This document shows, piece by piece, positions 38,592-52,986 of a DNA stretch of 64,000 nt. A model generated the notes under the pieces. It saw only the letters and a program-made list of their open reading frames with translations. It was not told where the DNA came from and did not search any database. How positions within the stretch are numbered: position 1 is the first letter of the stretch; each line of letters starts with the position of its first letter. The translations under genes were made by a program, and so were the position numbers. Where the stretch lies: assembly GCA_050084515.1 (NCBI GenBank), contig CM114271.1, positions 29,698,001 to 29,762,000 of the forward strand. The letters run 5' to 3'. This stretch comes from Blasia pusilla. Taxonomy: Eukaryota.

Positions 38592-41418
38592 GGACATTAA
38601 AGGTCCCGGGTAATAAGTGCTTGGCATGAGGTTGGAAGCTCTTGTCCGCACATGAAGCCCGAGACTACTTACTGCCCATTCCAACTCGAATGGCCTCCAT
38701 GCAAGGACAGGAAATTGCGACCCACTCAAAGCATAGCGCTCTCCGCTGTGTTCCAGTGAACGAAGGATTCCACGATTCTGTCCAAGATTGGTTTCATGGT
38801 ACGGAGCCTTTAACGCCCCAACCGTGTAAACCGAATCTCCTAATATTTTCATTTGCAGTATTACCCATCTCAATATCTGTCTAATCACTCTTGGGCACGG
38901 TGCGAGCATTAGTATTAATTAAATAACCTCGCACGAAAATAGTTACATTGAAAAATCTGAATGATAAGTGGAAATTATGCCGTTATCTTAGTGGGAAATT
39001 TTAGGAATTGAGAAATATGCATATATAAATTAGTCCATGCACACTTAGAAATGATTATCCTAAATTGTGTGACTGAATAATTTAATTTACCTCCAAAACC
39101 AATCCCCCAAGTGATCTAAGATAGATTACAAAATGTGATGATCGGGATGAGTATGACAATATGGATGATCATGTTAATAATATAAACTAGTGGACAGCTC
39201 ATGCCATGCACGAGAGCAAAGAGATTAATGATATTACACACAACTTTTTCTCATTACCTCAAATATGGGGAATATCTATCCGGTTGTCTGGTTATCACAT
39301 GTCAAGCAAATGTGTACTTGTAAATCAAGAAGTCACTCTCCAATAAGAACATAGCTTTTATTGATTTTGTTCTTAAATAAATTTTGTTATGAATTTCAAT
39401 AGTAATTATTGCATAGTATCCTTTGATTTTCAATGAAACATATAAATATCTAACTACAAGAGGCATTTATTGCGTATAATCGGGCAACAAGATTCGGGAT
39501 GGGAAAAAAAATCAATTTCATAAATAAATATCAAAGCCCCTTGCATATCAGCAAATATCAGGGCTAGGCTAGAGGGGCTGGTGGTTTAGTTCGGACAAGG
39601 TAGGTTGGGTTTGGGCCCTACTCCACACAAGAGTTTTGCACTTCGGGAGGGCTAAGCTGCCCCTATAGGCAATGAATGCCTGCAAACGGATGTTAATGGC
39701 TTTTGGATTTTCAAACACCTCTCTTGGTAACAAATGGCATGTTCGGCCTTGTCTTGACTAGTCTGTCCCATGGACGGACAAGTTCTTTTTTTTTGCAACC
39801 ATGGGGGTTTGTTGTATTATGTATCAAATAGTTGTTGGGGATTCAATAAATATCAAATATTACCGTATTATTCTATAAATGTCAAAAAAGTACCAATTTT
39901 AGGGGAAAAAAACTACACATACCTTAATCTTACATGAACTAGTTTTGAAATTTGAAACCTTGTATGAATATTTGTGTGATGCTCTTAATAGCACTTATGA
40001 TGTGTTCACTTTTTTCAATATTAAACAAAAAAACTCATGTGAGAATATCCTCATAAACAATGTCATGTAAACACGCATTCTTGATCACATGTAATCTCAA
40101 TTCCTACTATTCTATGGTCCAAACTCTTAGTATCTACTCTCGATAAGACTATACATAGTTTTCCATGAAATACAGATATTTGTAAGTAAATAATATATCC
40201 ACTATATGTAGTATTTCACTTTTAGACTTATTAATAGTCATGGCCGAAGCAAGATGGGCATGAAATCAAAATCTCATCAAATCAACGGATAAATTGAAGC
40301 TCGACATTATCAAAAGAATTTTTGGAATGAAATCTTGTCTCTAATGTTACTTTGTGTCATGATCTTAGCATCTAAAAAATTTGCAAAAATCTTAGAACCA
40401 CGAATCAAGAGTCGTTTGCTTGAACCTTCAAACCATTCATATTTCTCAATAACTTTATTGGAGCATCAATATCAAGGTAAGACGATAAGGAGGTATTTTG
40501 AATGGAAAACTTGTATGAAAAAACTTTGTAGGGTAAATATGACTCATTCCATCATTTGGAACAAAGTTAGAACTTAAGTAGGTGCGTGATTGCGAATTAA
40601 TGCAAATATTGATCTTTAAGTTAAAATATATCAATAGTATTTTGTAGATTAAATTTATTTAAAATAGGTTGAGGTGCATTCTTACCTCTCCAATGCATGG
40701 TGATATGATTGCAACATTCATTTCATCAACATTTTGTTTCCTAGAGTCAAAATAGCGATATTCCTCACAAAGATGACGTCATTAAAACTTTGTAGATCAT
40801 ACTGATATTATAGTGTCAATGAGGCCACTTATATTATCATCCTTGTAGATAATGTCTAATAGTACTTCACTGGTGTCTTCTACTTAATTGAAATAAATAT
40901 GTCCATTGCGTGCTCCAACTTTCAATAACCAATTTGTAGAATCTTGTTGATGAAAAGACTCATCACCTTTTAAACTCTCATGTTTGCTACTGGTTTCCCA
41001 ACCCTTACATAAGACCATAAATAAGATCAATAAATAATAGCTCATATAATTTCTGGTCATTCTCCATGATGAGTAACAAGAAGGACTCAAAAAAAATCAA
41101 CAAAAAAAACAATCAATTTTCCACCAAATAAAAAATGTTAGAGGAGCTCAAGTCCTATAATGAATCCTCTAAGATCCATGTACCTTTGTCCCTCTAGTCT
41201 TTGTCTATATTTCGGACTCATTCTAGAGAATCGGACGCGCTTCCATCCTAGTGTGAGCCCACTAGATTTATGATGTTCCACTTTTATCCTTGAGACGCCC
41301 AATAAGGCTCGCACTTTATTTAGAGCTAATGTCTTATTCTAGATACTCCGACGTGCTTCCATCCTCGTGTGAGCCCACAAGAGTTTTGATGTTTTGTATT
41401 GTCATATGTTTGGCTATA

Positions 41419-41424
<6 letters not shown>

Positions 41425-41460
<36 letters not shown>

Positions 41461-41477
41461 AAGAAAGAGAAAGAAAG
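41425..41477 (+). repeat. (GA)n microsatellite
   Basis: Run of GA dinucleotides decaying into GAAA. Confidence 0.9.
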
Positions 41478-42099
41478 ATTAAATTCAATATCCGTTACTT
41501 ATGTCAATCCCTAGGACAGACATGTCCGAGTTGGCCTAGGTTTGCTCAACCCACAATTTAGACCCGGGTTTGTCTAGCCCACACCCTTGTCCCGCAACCC
41601 ACCACCTGTTTGTAGCCTGCATTGGCTTATGGCTTGTTTGCGGAAGGCAAGCTCTAGGCCTTCAATGACCCTACGGACCTTGGAGCACGCCAAACGCGAG
41701 CTTCTAGCCTACGCACACTAGCACGATCCCTACTTGTCTCCCTTAATCCGAGCCCGCGCGTGTTCTTGTGTCTAGAGCCTACACGAACAAATGGGGTACC
41801 AAAAAAAGCCATGCGCAATGGTGATCACAACTTAGTCGTATTATGTTTATCCATGGGAAAGCACAAGGGTGCAAATTATGGATATCCCATAATAGGACTA
41901 AGTCGTGATCACAATCCATGCAGAATGAGCAATGGTGATCACGACTTCGTCATATTATGTTTTGGAAGGGCCTTCTATATTGTATCCCTAGGTTTTACAT
42001 TTGACTTTTGGGCAAAGATAAACCCCTATCAACAAGGTTGGAAATTAGATGAAGGATGAGCCAATAAGCTACCAAAGTAGTTTGTAGGGAATCTTGCTC

Positions 42100-43780
42100 A
42101 AAATCTTGATGGCTCATTTCAAGGGTCAACCACAATAATAGCAACTTATAGTGGAGTTTTATGTTGACACGTAGATTTATTGGAGGAGGACGCTATGCAA
42201 TGAATATTCTTTTAGAGAATAGTCTTCATGAGTGGCATGCGATAATGAGCGTGGCTACACTTGTTGGTGATATCTTTTTAGCTTTGTGGGATATAAGATT
42301 CGATTTGTAGAGGAGTGTAAATGATTGTGCAAGGCATGTGTAGGGTAGAGCTTATGCTTTGGAGCAAGATAGGTACCTTGTACTCCAGATCCATGACTAG
42401 ATACTTTGATATCCTTGGACAACACATTGATAGTGTGGTAGTATTCCCATAAGGGTATGCATATAATGGATCCTTTTGGAGAGATTATAACTACATTGGT
42501 TGTAGTGTTGCACGAGGATGCATGTGTGAGTCTAAAAATACTCATATGTTGAGAAAGTTGAGACCACGAGGAATATCTCATTACACCACATGGTGGGGCA
42601 TAGTATCTTGATATCTTGGATCTAGGGCAACTATCTTAGATTTGTTACTTGATTAGCATCATGAAGGTAGTTGTTGGATCATGCTATGGACCAAAACTAT
42701 CTTACTTAGATATTTAGTCTAGGTTTGGTCCAGTAGAGATTACAACTTTGATGAGAATTCATTTTCTTTAATTATGTAGGTCATAATGGTATGCATAGTG
42801 TCGGTGCTCGAGTTGGGAGAGTAGATGAGTATTATTCCAAAGATTGTAGATTAGCAACCATCACCCTGCTAGTCTACAAAGGTTATGAGAGAGACTTGGG
42901 AGCCTTTGATTGATCCTAGTTTGACATAATCGAAGAGGAGATGATTGTTAAAGTTCTCATGGAGTTAGAGGGATTGCTTTGCAGTCAATATGCATGATTT
43001 GGGTACATTGAAGGATCTAGATATTTGGATGAAGTTGGCTAGTGATACACCTACTTTTCAACGATCCAAAATATATTTCATCATAGACCAAGTCTTGATT
43101 TAGAGTAGGAGTTAAGACTTCTAAAGGTTGATGTTGGATTGGTGGAGAGATTTCTGTGAGAATATGAGTTAGCCATAATTATATTTGCAGAGAAGGACAT
43201 GCATAGCGAGTGGACCAATAGATGGAATCTACTAGATGAGTTGAGAATACCATCATATCAATCATCATACAAAGGCCTATTGCTATGCTATGCCTATTGC
43301 CAAGAAGATCTTTGATGCGGTAAGGCACGGGAAGGTCCTCGGAAGTTTGGATTCCTACACGTAGTAGATGTCATAAGTTACTCATATGTGTGGAAGATAA
43401 GTACAAGACAACATTTTAAGGATTCATCCTTTCCAGGATGATAATTTCTACCAAGGTTAGTTTTTCTTATTTGGGTTGAAGAATGCCCCTATGGAGTTTT
43501 AGCTTGTTATGCAAAGGAATTCTGTTGGTTAGGATTTTGCAAGGTGTTATATGGATGACATGATGGTCTTAAGTACCACAATTAAGGAGCATGGGTAATG
43601 TCTAGGGGAGATGCTTCAACAGTTATAATTACATGGGCTAAAGTTGCATCAAAATATTCTTTAATGATCCTATTGAATATCTTGAATGCATAATTTGTCC
43701 AGGGGTATTGGAGTTTAGAAGATAAAGGTAGAAGCCATAGTGCGTATTTCTTGTCCTATAAATGGAAGTTGATTCCAAAC
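42100..43780 (+). mobile_element. Highly degraded relic of a Gypsy element related to 197..10038 (MTase start, pre-RT spacer, RT)
   Basis: SLDNTLIVW*YSHKGMHIMDPFGEIITTLVVVLHED (from 42412) aligns to PLDTTPIVWKYPPEGICVLDLFGGISTGLAAVLQAD. CFAVNMHDLGTL..LASD aligns to CFAFSMKELGAL..LASD. Also YAMPI..IFDAV, FGLKNAP and CYMDDMMVL. Confidence 0.75.
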
Positions 43781-45149
43781 TTCCATGGAATCAACGAAGG
43801 TCTTTAAAAGAAGAAAATGGGGTATCATATCACCTCTGTTGGAAAGAAAATGAACAAAGTTAGTAAGTTCCATATGATTACCTAAGTGGCCATGTAGTAT
43901 TTTCATCTATTTTGTAATGGAAAGAATAGAGGTTGCGTGATCAATATACTAAAAACAATATTTTAGAATAAGCAAGACTTCATGCTAGTTTATAGTATAT
44001 CATTGTAAAATAATGAGGTGTTTCTTGCCTTGCATAAAGTTGGGATATTAATAATGTACAGTAAAACACTCTTTTCTTAAAAGGAAAATTTCAGAAATTT
44101 CAAAATTTGGAAATATATCTACCATGCTCAAAACTTAACATGTGTAAATGGGATGCCAATGCATCATTCAAGCATTCTTGTTGGAGTAATTTAATGACTC
44201 CCATCATTTTCTTTGTGGCTTCTAAGGATGAGGTGATATTATAGATCTTGTGGAGAGGAAATTAAATGAAGTGAATTGCCAAGTCGCATGATGATATATA
44301 TAAACTAGTTTGGCTCCTTTATTATTCAAGAAGTTGTAGTAGCATATCTAAAATAATATGCTAAAATTTCCAAGTGTTCAATTCAAATATAATTGTATGT
44401 AATTCGATAACGTTCATTTTTTACTTTCCATAAGAGGTAATATGTTAGCTCATATTTCTCCTTTAAAAAGAAATTTTAATTCGTTCAGAAATTAGAAGAG
44501 AGTTTCTTCACATGATAAGCCCCAACCCCCCAATCTTCCTCATTTGATAATATAGATGACACTAGTAAGACACTCATCTATACTATTATGGGCGAGTGCC
44601 TTCTCATTTCGCAAACAGTCCAGCTTGTGATATTTCACATTTTGGGCCATTATCACATCTAAGTAGCTGATAGGCCGAGATCTATCATGGATAGGGCGTA
44701 GGAGCCAGCAGACTATCTTGAGTGTAACTTTGTCCCACGGTGTCAGATGAGGTTGAGGATAGGTCCATTGTGTCACGAACATCGTTTCTGACAACTAATC
44801 TGTTGAGGTCTTTCACAACCGGGTGACTTGTTGACCAAGTCACCCGCCCCTAGTAGCCTGTGCGTTGTCAAAGCAAACAACGATACACAAAGGTGGAACT
44901 TCGCATTTAATTGTTGTACATAATCTTAAACCATAATGCATTGAAGATCTCTTTGAAACTATAGAAAGGGTAGGGATAACAAAATAATGGAGCGGAAGAA
45001 AACCAAATCTGAGAGAGTTGTTGCTTTAGGGTTTTTAGATGGCAAGCAGCGTTTTGATTCATTTGCCTTCTTGACTATCACACAACAACAATATTTATAA
45101 GAAACTAAAAGAATCTGCACTTACAAAGGATATAATTTTTATAAACCCA

Positions 45150-48100
45150 ATTAGGATTTTCTAAACTCAATACTTACGAGCTCGAGTCCCTTCAGTTTGC
45201 CCATCCAAGTCCCTTGATACCTCCTTATGAGCATCCAAAACATCTACTCCAATCTTTGAAGGGCCATCCTTGACACGAGCAAGATCTGCCATGTAATTTC
45301 AGAGGAAAATTTATCAATTTCTAATAACTACACCAATGCTTGAAAAGAAACTAACTTGAGAGAGGCCTCTTACCTTCTTGCTGACTCATAATATGAGTCT
45401 TAGAAGGACCACATGTATTCACTTTAGGTCTCTTCTTCTCTGAAAGCTTGTTGATCATATCAACAAGCATGGAAAAGGCGCGCCTCTTTTTGTTCTTTCT
45501 GGTTTTTTTCCAACTTCTCCTCAATCAGGGATTGGTTGATTGACATCTTCTTCTCCAAGAGGAGTTGGTTCCTCCCTAATTTTTGCTCAAGATCACCCTT
45601 GATGATACCCATATCTGCAGTCCATTTCTTCTCTACCTTCAGAAGTTGAGTGGTTATGCTTGACTCCGCACTCATCTGAAAAATAAAATGATATCCATAT
45701 AGTTAGTATGTTCCCTCCAAATATGTAGCTCCAAATCCAGGCTATATCAGTCTTTGTATGAAGATAAATCAAGCACTTTCATAAGTCACATTTAACTCGG
45801 TAGCATTATACTCACTTGGGAACCTCCAGTGTAAAGGCTATCACTCGCTGCTGGTGTTTGCTCTTCAGGTTCTTTCATGGTCAAGGGTACTGTCGCACCT
45901 CCTTCCTATTGGTAAGATTGCATACAAACCAATGAAAGTGAATATATCAGGTGGTGAAAAATCTATAATGTATTTACAAACCTCACAATAGACGGGAAAC
46001 AATTCATACATAATTATAGCTAACTTACAAGACTCTCTTATTGTGGAATTGATCCATTGTCAATAACACCTACATTCCTTCGTGTGGTTGATCCACCTCT
46101 ACCCTATACATGGAGAAACCCAACAATACGATTAGAATCACTAACATTGACAAACATTAACAATCTCAACACCAAAGTGCAGAAATCATAAATATAAAAG
46201 AAATGAAAGCTAAGGATAACTTATAGAAAACCCCTCTAAACCTCTGCGTCCGTTGTGATTTAAAGTCATAACCTTTGATCTTGCGTTCACCATCTTTTGG
46301 GCCTTCAACATACCCTCTTCAGAAAGCCAATAATCTACCAAACGTCCCCATGCATCTTCTTTAGCATCAGGGTGGCAAGAGACATCAACATGAGCCCCAT
46401 TGGCCACCCAATATGCTTTCATCGTGGACCGTTTTTTTTTTAGTAATTGTGCATATTTCTTCTTCAAAAAGTCCAAATATAAAGATGGTGCCCCAACATA
46501 TGTGTAGGCACTCTCAATGTGCTTGCAAACTGTTGCCACATTAATAGCCTCTTGCCTACTCATCTCGACACATGATAAGTCAAGAGAGCGTAGGGTCCAT
46601 ACCTTTAGGTCATTCAACCATGGCTCATAATCGGGCACCTTCGTCTTTGGAACCCCAATAGGCAAAATTTCACATCTAGGCAGTAGGTTTTGGTCCTTGC
46701 GTTGAGCCACGTCACGGTTCCATAAATCTCTCTTGGTCCTACTTCTCCTCGTACTTGCCCTATCACCTGAAGAAATGAAAGGCGCAAGAAAATCAATTTA
46801 GACATGCACATGTTACAAGATGCAGGGAATAAAAGACTAGATCACTAACCAATTATACCCAACATTCTTGGTCGACATTTAGACCATGCCTCAAAAGTGG
46901 CTACATGTGGACATACCCCCACTTTTATTTCTGGGTTTGGAGAGACTAGGGGCCATAAAAGACTTACTGTCACTCTGCTGCGAATGTACACTCGTCCCAA
47001 CAAATCCCGATGGCCCATCAAAAAATGTTGAGTCAGAACCTTCTCGTGCAGTTGGATAAGGGGGCGGAGGGCATGGTGCTCCATCTTGTCCACACATGGA
47101 GATAGCACTCTTACATCCTTCATCAACACTATAGACAAGAAATCAGGACTTCACAATCTGAAAAAACACATCGAACCAAGAAAGGATAATGGCCACTTTT
47201 CGAGTCATCATGAGAAGATCAAGAGTTAAAGAGTTATCATTCCTTAAAAATAGAGAATTTGATCACAAATACACAATGTGGAAAGAAGGTTACACTTGGC
47301 GGTGCCCATGGTTGGCCTGAAAAACCAGGTTGAATGGGTCCCCATTGTTGTTGACTCCGCGTCGGAGTAAAAGTTTGTGTATGAGGACCCCATTCGGCGT
47401 GAGATCCAGATGGTAGAGATGGCTGGGTATTGCCTACCCAGGGGCGTTCTACAACTCCAGATTGTGACCAAGACATGCTTCCAGGCCATTGGCCTTGAGC
47501 GGTCATGTGTCCAGCCATAGGAGTTTGTTGACCTCATTGTGGTCGGGGGGAAGGGTTTAGGGGCAAGCCATAAGAGCTATGTGGGCTATGATTCAACATC
47601 GGCGGCTTGCGCTCATGAGTGTGCCACCTTGCACCCATTGGTCCACCCCAGTATTGGCTACCACTCTCTGGCCATGGGGGATATTGACAACCCATTTCTG
47701 ATCTCCCACTTTGGCCTGAATCATGTGCCTTATAACTGGCATGAGATTTGTGGAATTCTCTCCATCCAATACCCTAAGCATATGAAAGAGAAATAAAAGT
47801 TAGTGTACTATAATAAATAAACACAGAGATTGGAAGAATCATGTATCCCACACAAAATCTTACTGAAGATGGTATATAACATATCATTGTAGTTACCCTT
47901 TTGACTTGGATCGGATGGAATGTCGGCCCAGTATCCTTATTCACGAATGGAGGATCAGGTGCATCTTCCTCATCATCATTCTGGTATTCTGAATCTTCAG
48001 TTGGCACATAATATGGATCTTTCATTTTATTATCCTTAAGACTTTCAAGGATTGAAGGACCTGGTAAGCTCTCCAAGACCTTTGATGTCAATCTCAAACT

Positions 48101-49176
48101 TCGTCGCTTTTCCACTACCTCTGCCACTATTGCTCTACAACATGAGGCTTTCTTGGATGCCTTTGCTGGTCTCAGCCTTTCCAAACAATGATTTCATCAT
48201 CAATCACCTATGTAAGATCATGTAAGTCTCATTTTCTACGAATAAGGAAACTACATGCAAGAAGGAAGGGAAAACCATGCAATATTATTGCAATTCACAT
48301 CTCATGCTGGGTAGTGAACTACTTACTGTGAGGGAATAGCACCAAGAATTTTTTCTGCTCTTCTTTTGTTTTCCCTTACCTTCCGTGCCCGTTCTTGTTC
48401 AATTTGGAGTAGAGCATGAAGGTCCTTATCCAGTAGGTCTGGACTCTCAAATCCATCACCAATACGCCCACCAACTCCAAGTTTGAAGAGTTGGTGGACG
48501 TATTAGGATGTCTAAAGTTGTCATTACCTTGACCATCTGAGTCCATTGTAATGTGCAGAGGTGATATTTCTCTCTCATGAGTCATTTCCTCTCTTTCAAA
48601 ATCCTTAGATGTTTCTTGCCCCTCTATACTCAAATCAGAAGCCACCATATTTTTGCTAAGATCAATCCGCTCCATGGTTGCACTCAAATATGAAAGGTCC
48701 CCTATAGAATCGGGTCTACACACACTTGACGTGTTACTACTCTCTCTGAATGTAGATGCAGTGGAAATCCTATTTTGCATCTTGTAATTCTTTTCCTGGC
48801 CTTGGTCAAGTTCCCTTGTCAGCCTTATCTTATCCTCTTGTTCATATGCATTTGCACATTTCATTTCACCATTAGAAACAATGCTTTCATCACCCTTGAT
48901 ATTATCCTCTCTAGGGACATTCTCTACATCACTCGGCAAGGGCCCCCATCTCTCATCAATAAGATCATCATACACCACGAAATGATACACACATATCTCA
49001 CTCTTGTTCTTGTGACGTCTCCACTTCAAGGCCCAAGCCTGATGATTCAGCCCATCAGGAAGTTCCCCACTTGAATCACGTAGGCCTTCCGAAGCAAGAA
49101 TACCCTCAAGGTCTGATCGAGTTCCCCCCTTAACACCTATTGTACTACCTTGGAGGGCATATGAATGGCCCTCCAT
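45150..49176 (-). pseudogene. CACTA accessory (TnpA/PTTA-like) multi-exon gene
   Basis: AWGRLVDYWLSEEGMLKAQKMVNARSKVMTLNHNGRRG (46210..46710) resembles the plant Transposase_24 signature. It lies downstream of the transposase. The exon structure is approximate. Confidence 0.6.
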
Positions 49177-49344
49177 TCTGAAAAGTTCTGTTGAAAAATG
49201 TCGTCAAGGAGTTGAATCAAGAGAGTTATCATGCATGATTGACAAATGCAAGCATCTCACACAAAGGTTAAACCATAAACATGACTTTTGACTCACTTCT
49301 CAAAGCAAACCGCATGTATGTCAAATATTTGAACAAAAGGAAAA

Positions 49345-52300
49345 TTAAATCTCTACATCCTCTTCGGAGCTCTCTTCTTCATAAAGCACTTGTGTGGACA
49401 CGTGGATGATAGGGATATTATTACAATCTCTATTTGCAGTCACCACGTCTTCAGCACTAAGCTCTACAACACCTAGAGTGTTAGCTAGTGGCACTCTTCC
49501 CGATGGCATTTCCATCTGGTCAATTGCAACAAAATGTCCTTCATCTAGGTTTCCACCATCATAGATATCCAAAATTACTCGACGGGATCTTGCTTCTTTT
49601 CTCAAAACAACCTTCCATCCACTTCCTTCGTTCGCATCTCCAAAAAAAACTTGTTCCACTTGAGATGGAAACACAAAGGGTTGATGGTTGATAGCTTCAC
49701 AAGATCTAAGGTTTACAAGTACGAAGCCTTCACGGTCTCGCTTCATGGATGGCATCCGTGATTTCCAGTCACGGATGCCATCACCCACCTCGCTCTCATC
49801 AATATTACAAGTTGATAAAAAATCCCGTAATCAAGCGTAATTGTATCGACCAGAACTCCCACATATGAATAAGAAAAATTATGATCATCATTACCCTCAT
49901 CCAAAAATTTTGCTCCAATTCCACTATCGTAAGTGGACTATGCATTATATCCACCCTCTCCCTCTACCCTATAGTGATTTCCATAAGCCTTCATAAACTT
50001 GTATGAGAGAACTTTTGCTTGTGGAGGAATTGACAAAGCCAACAACTCTTCATCCACCTTCCCATCTTTTTCCCTAGAATCTCGAAGGATAGTTGGTTGA
50101 ATCCACTCTTCAAAAGAAACTGATGCATTCTCAGCCTCAAATTTCCTAGTAGAAAGAAAGAACATCACCAAGGAATAAGGTGACGTGGAAGATGAAACAA
50201 ACATGTAAGATTCAGAAGATCAAGTTCAGGGTTTCCATACATTGAATTCATTGAATATAGTTGAAATTTATGTGCGCCACATGACCATACACTCCATATT
50301 GTGTAGGACATAGTGATGTGCCAAGGTAGTCATTTCTCGGGATAATCTGATTTCACGTCCTGCATCTTCCAACTCCTCCCCTACGACCCCTTTTTTCTTC
50401 GCCATCATCCCATATTCGTGTCCTCACATCCTCAAATATTTTCATATACTCTGTCACAAATCCCAACGCCTCATCTTTGGTATACCCCTCCGCCATACAT
50501 CCCTCTGGGCGAGCTTTAGATCTAACATGTTTTTTCAGAGTACCCATGTATCTTTCCATTGGATACATCCATTGGCAAGCTAAAGGCCCACATATATCCA
50601 ATTCTTGGACAATGTGGATAAGAAGATGTGTCATCATATCAAAAAATGATGGTGGAAAATGCATCTCCAATAGGCAAAGGATAATTGATACATCCTTATG
50701 TAGTTGTTCATAGCATGTAGGATCATACACTTTACAACAACACAATAACCTAAATATCTTACTCAAACGCATGATTGATGAGCGAATTGGATCCTTCATT
50801 AGCCCACGAAGGGCAAAGGGAAGGATTTGGTGAATCAACACATGATAATCATGTGACTTCATGGATCCCAATTTCTTCCTCGTCCTTCTTCAACTCCGCA
50901 CTATATCCTATAGGCACTTTTGTGGACTCTATCCTAGCTAGGAAAATGGATATTTCATGAGGTGATAAAACATAATCACATTGAGGTTTCACTAGCCCTG
51001 TTGCTTATGGTTGTAACCATAAGTGAGGTCGAATTCCACGAGCATCCATATCTCTTCTAACCTTCACTGTATCCTTCATCCCAAATAGGGTTTTAACTAG
51101 ATTCTCAGATATATTCTTCTCCACATGCATAACATCTAGGGTGTGTCGTATCAGGAGATGCTACGTTGAGGTCAAGGGAAAATATATGCATATTCATGGT
51201 TGACAAGAGATAAGTAACTATATCACCTATCACAACAAAAATTTGAAAATAATTAGATGTTTGTTGGATATTTTCCAGTATGGCAAATCAAGAGTATACT
51301 TCGCCGCTTCACCCCTCTCCTCTTGTATGGATCAGTAGGAGCATCCTCTCGACCACCTCCATCATCATATATTTTTTTCTCTTCAGCCCATTCCAGAATT
51401 TCATCTAATGTAATCCTTGGCGGTGGTGGTCTAGACTCACTCTCACCATTGAATCGAGGGCCATAAGGTCGCCCTCTCCAAACATGGTCTAGTGGAAGAT
51501 ATCTTCTATGACCGCCAAATATGGGTTTTCCACATTCCACATTGTTTGGAGAAATTTGAATCCACATACGATCCACATACGGTACATGCAAATTTTCCAC
51601 CATGGCTTTGCCTTGAGATTGTGTCATAGGCTGGATAATCATTTATAGTCCATAAGATCATGGCTCTAAATTTGAACCTATGTGGTCTTTTCACATCGTG
51701 GAATTCAATTTCATTCCACAACTCCCTAAACTCCTCTATCAAGGGGGCCAAGAAGGTATTGATATTCTCTCCATTCACACTCTCCTTACTAGGTATTATA
51801 AGCGCCAACATGACAAAATACTTTTTTTTTGAAGCCAAGGTGGAAAATTATAGTTAACCAATAGTATTGGCCATGTTGACCATGAGCTTGCCTTATCAGA
51901 GTATGGATTAACTTCGTCAAGTGTTAAACCAAACCTATAATTTCTACCCTCTATAGCAAAATCTGGGTACAAACGATCAATATGATTCCAAGCCTTGTTT
52001 TCCCCTACATGTCTTACCATGCCATCCTTACTTTTGTTCTCAGAAGACCAACTCAATAACTCTGACAAGGCCCTACACCTATACATACGCTCGATCCGCG
52101 GGATTACAGGGAAGTGTCTCAATACGTTGTTTGGTACTAAAGACTTCCCGACTTGCTTGAACCTAGCATTCCCGCACTTCGGGAAAATTTCTACACCTTC
52201 CAAGTCCCCTCTAAATAGAAAACAACCTTTAGGGCAGGCATGGATAGAGTTGTAGCTCATACCAAGTTTACTAATGAGTTTATTTGCTGCATAGTATGAT

Positions 52301-52986
52301 GGTGGGACAAGATTTTCATATGGGAGTACCATCTTACATGGGAGTTTCAATATCTCATCAATTACAATATTAGGGACCCCATGGGTCGTACCAATATTGA
52401 AAAGGAGCATAAAAAATGCTAGTAAAGAAGTCTTGGCTCCAGGGAAGAGTGGCTTGCATCCTGCGGTAAGCTCATGAAAATCTGATGGAATATTTGGATC
52501 ATTGGTTTCATTGAGGTTCCAGTTCTCTGTCCCACTTTCATCAACAGCCATATCCTCATCATGGAGATGATCATATTCTCTAAAAATATGATTCAGCATG
52601 TGGAGAACATCAATATCAACATCCAAATCAGGATTCTCTGGATGTGAGATTTCAAGTCTAACATAGAATTGCATAATGTGCTCACGTTGCTCCTTGTCAT
52701 TAACCTCTTGTTGTGTCAGCCACTCCTCATCTGAAGAGTCCCACTCCTCCATACTTTTTGGAACTCGAAAAAGATGAGATCGACCATTTTTCCTCAGATG
52801 GTCTTCTACCTTTGCTAGTCCCAAGGTAGCTCCGCCCTTGCACTCTGTACAAGGGCATCTTGCCCTCTTCCTCCCCAATTTATGAGACCTATCGCACTCC
52901 CTTTGCCACAACTTATAGTCAGGTGCTTGGATTCTATGAGGATGTGTCAAATCCAACCGGACGTGAGCAGTCCTTTGTGGTATCAT
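49345..52986 (-). pseudogene. CACTA TnpD/Tnp2-like transposase, frameshifted
   Basis: CPCTECK..HL, IHACPKGCFLF, LRHFPVIPRIERMY, WSTWPILLVNYNFPPWL, LIRHTLDVMHVEKN, MKSHDYHVL, FPPSFFDMMTHL, WMYPMERYM, PEGCMAEGY, QPFVFPSQVEQVFF. Confidence 0.93.
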
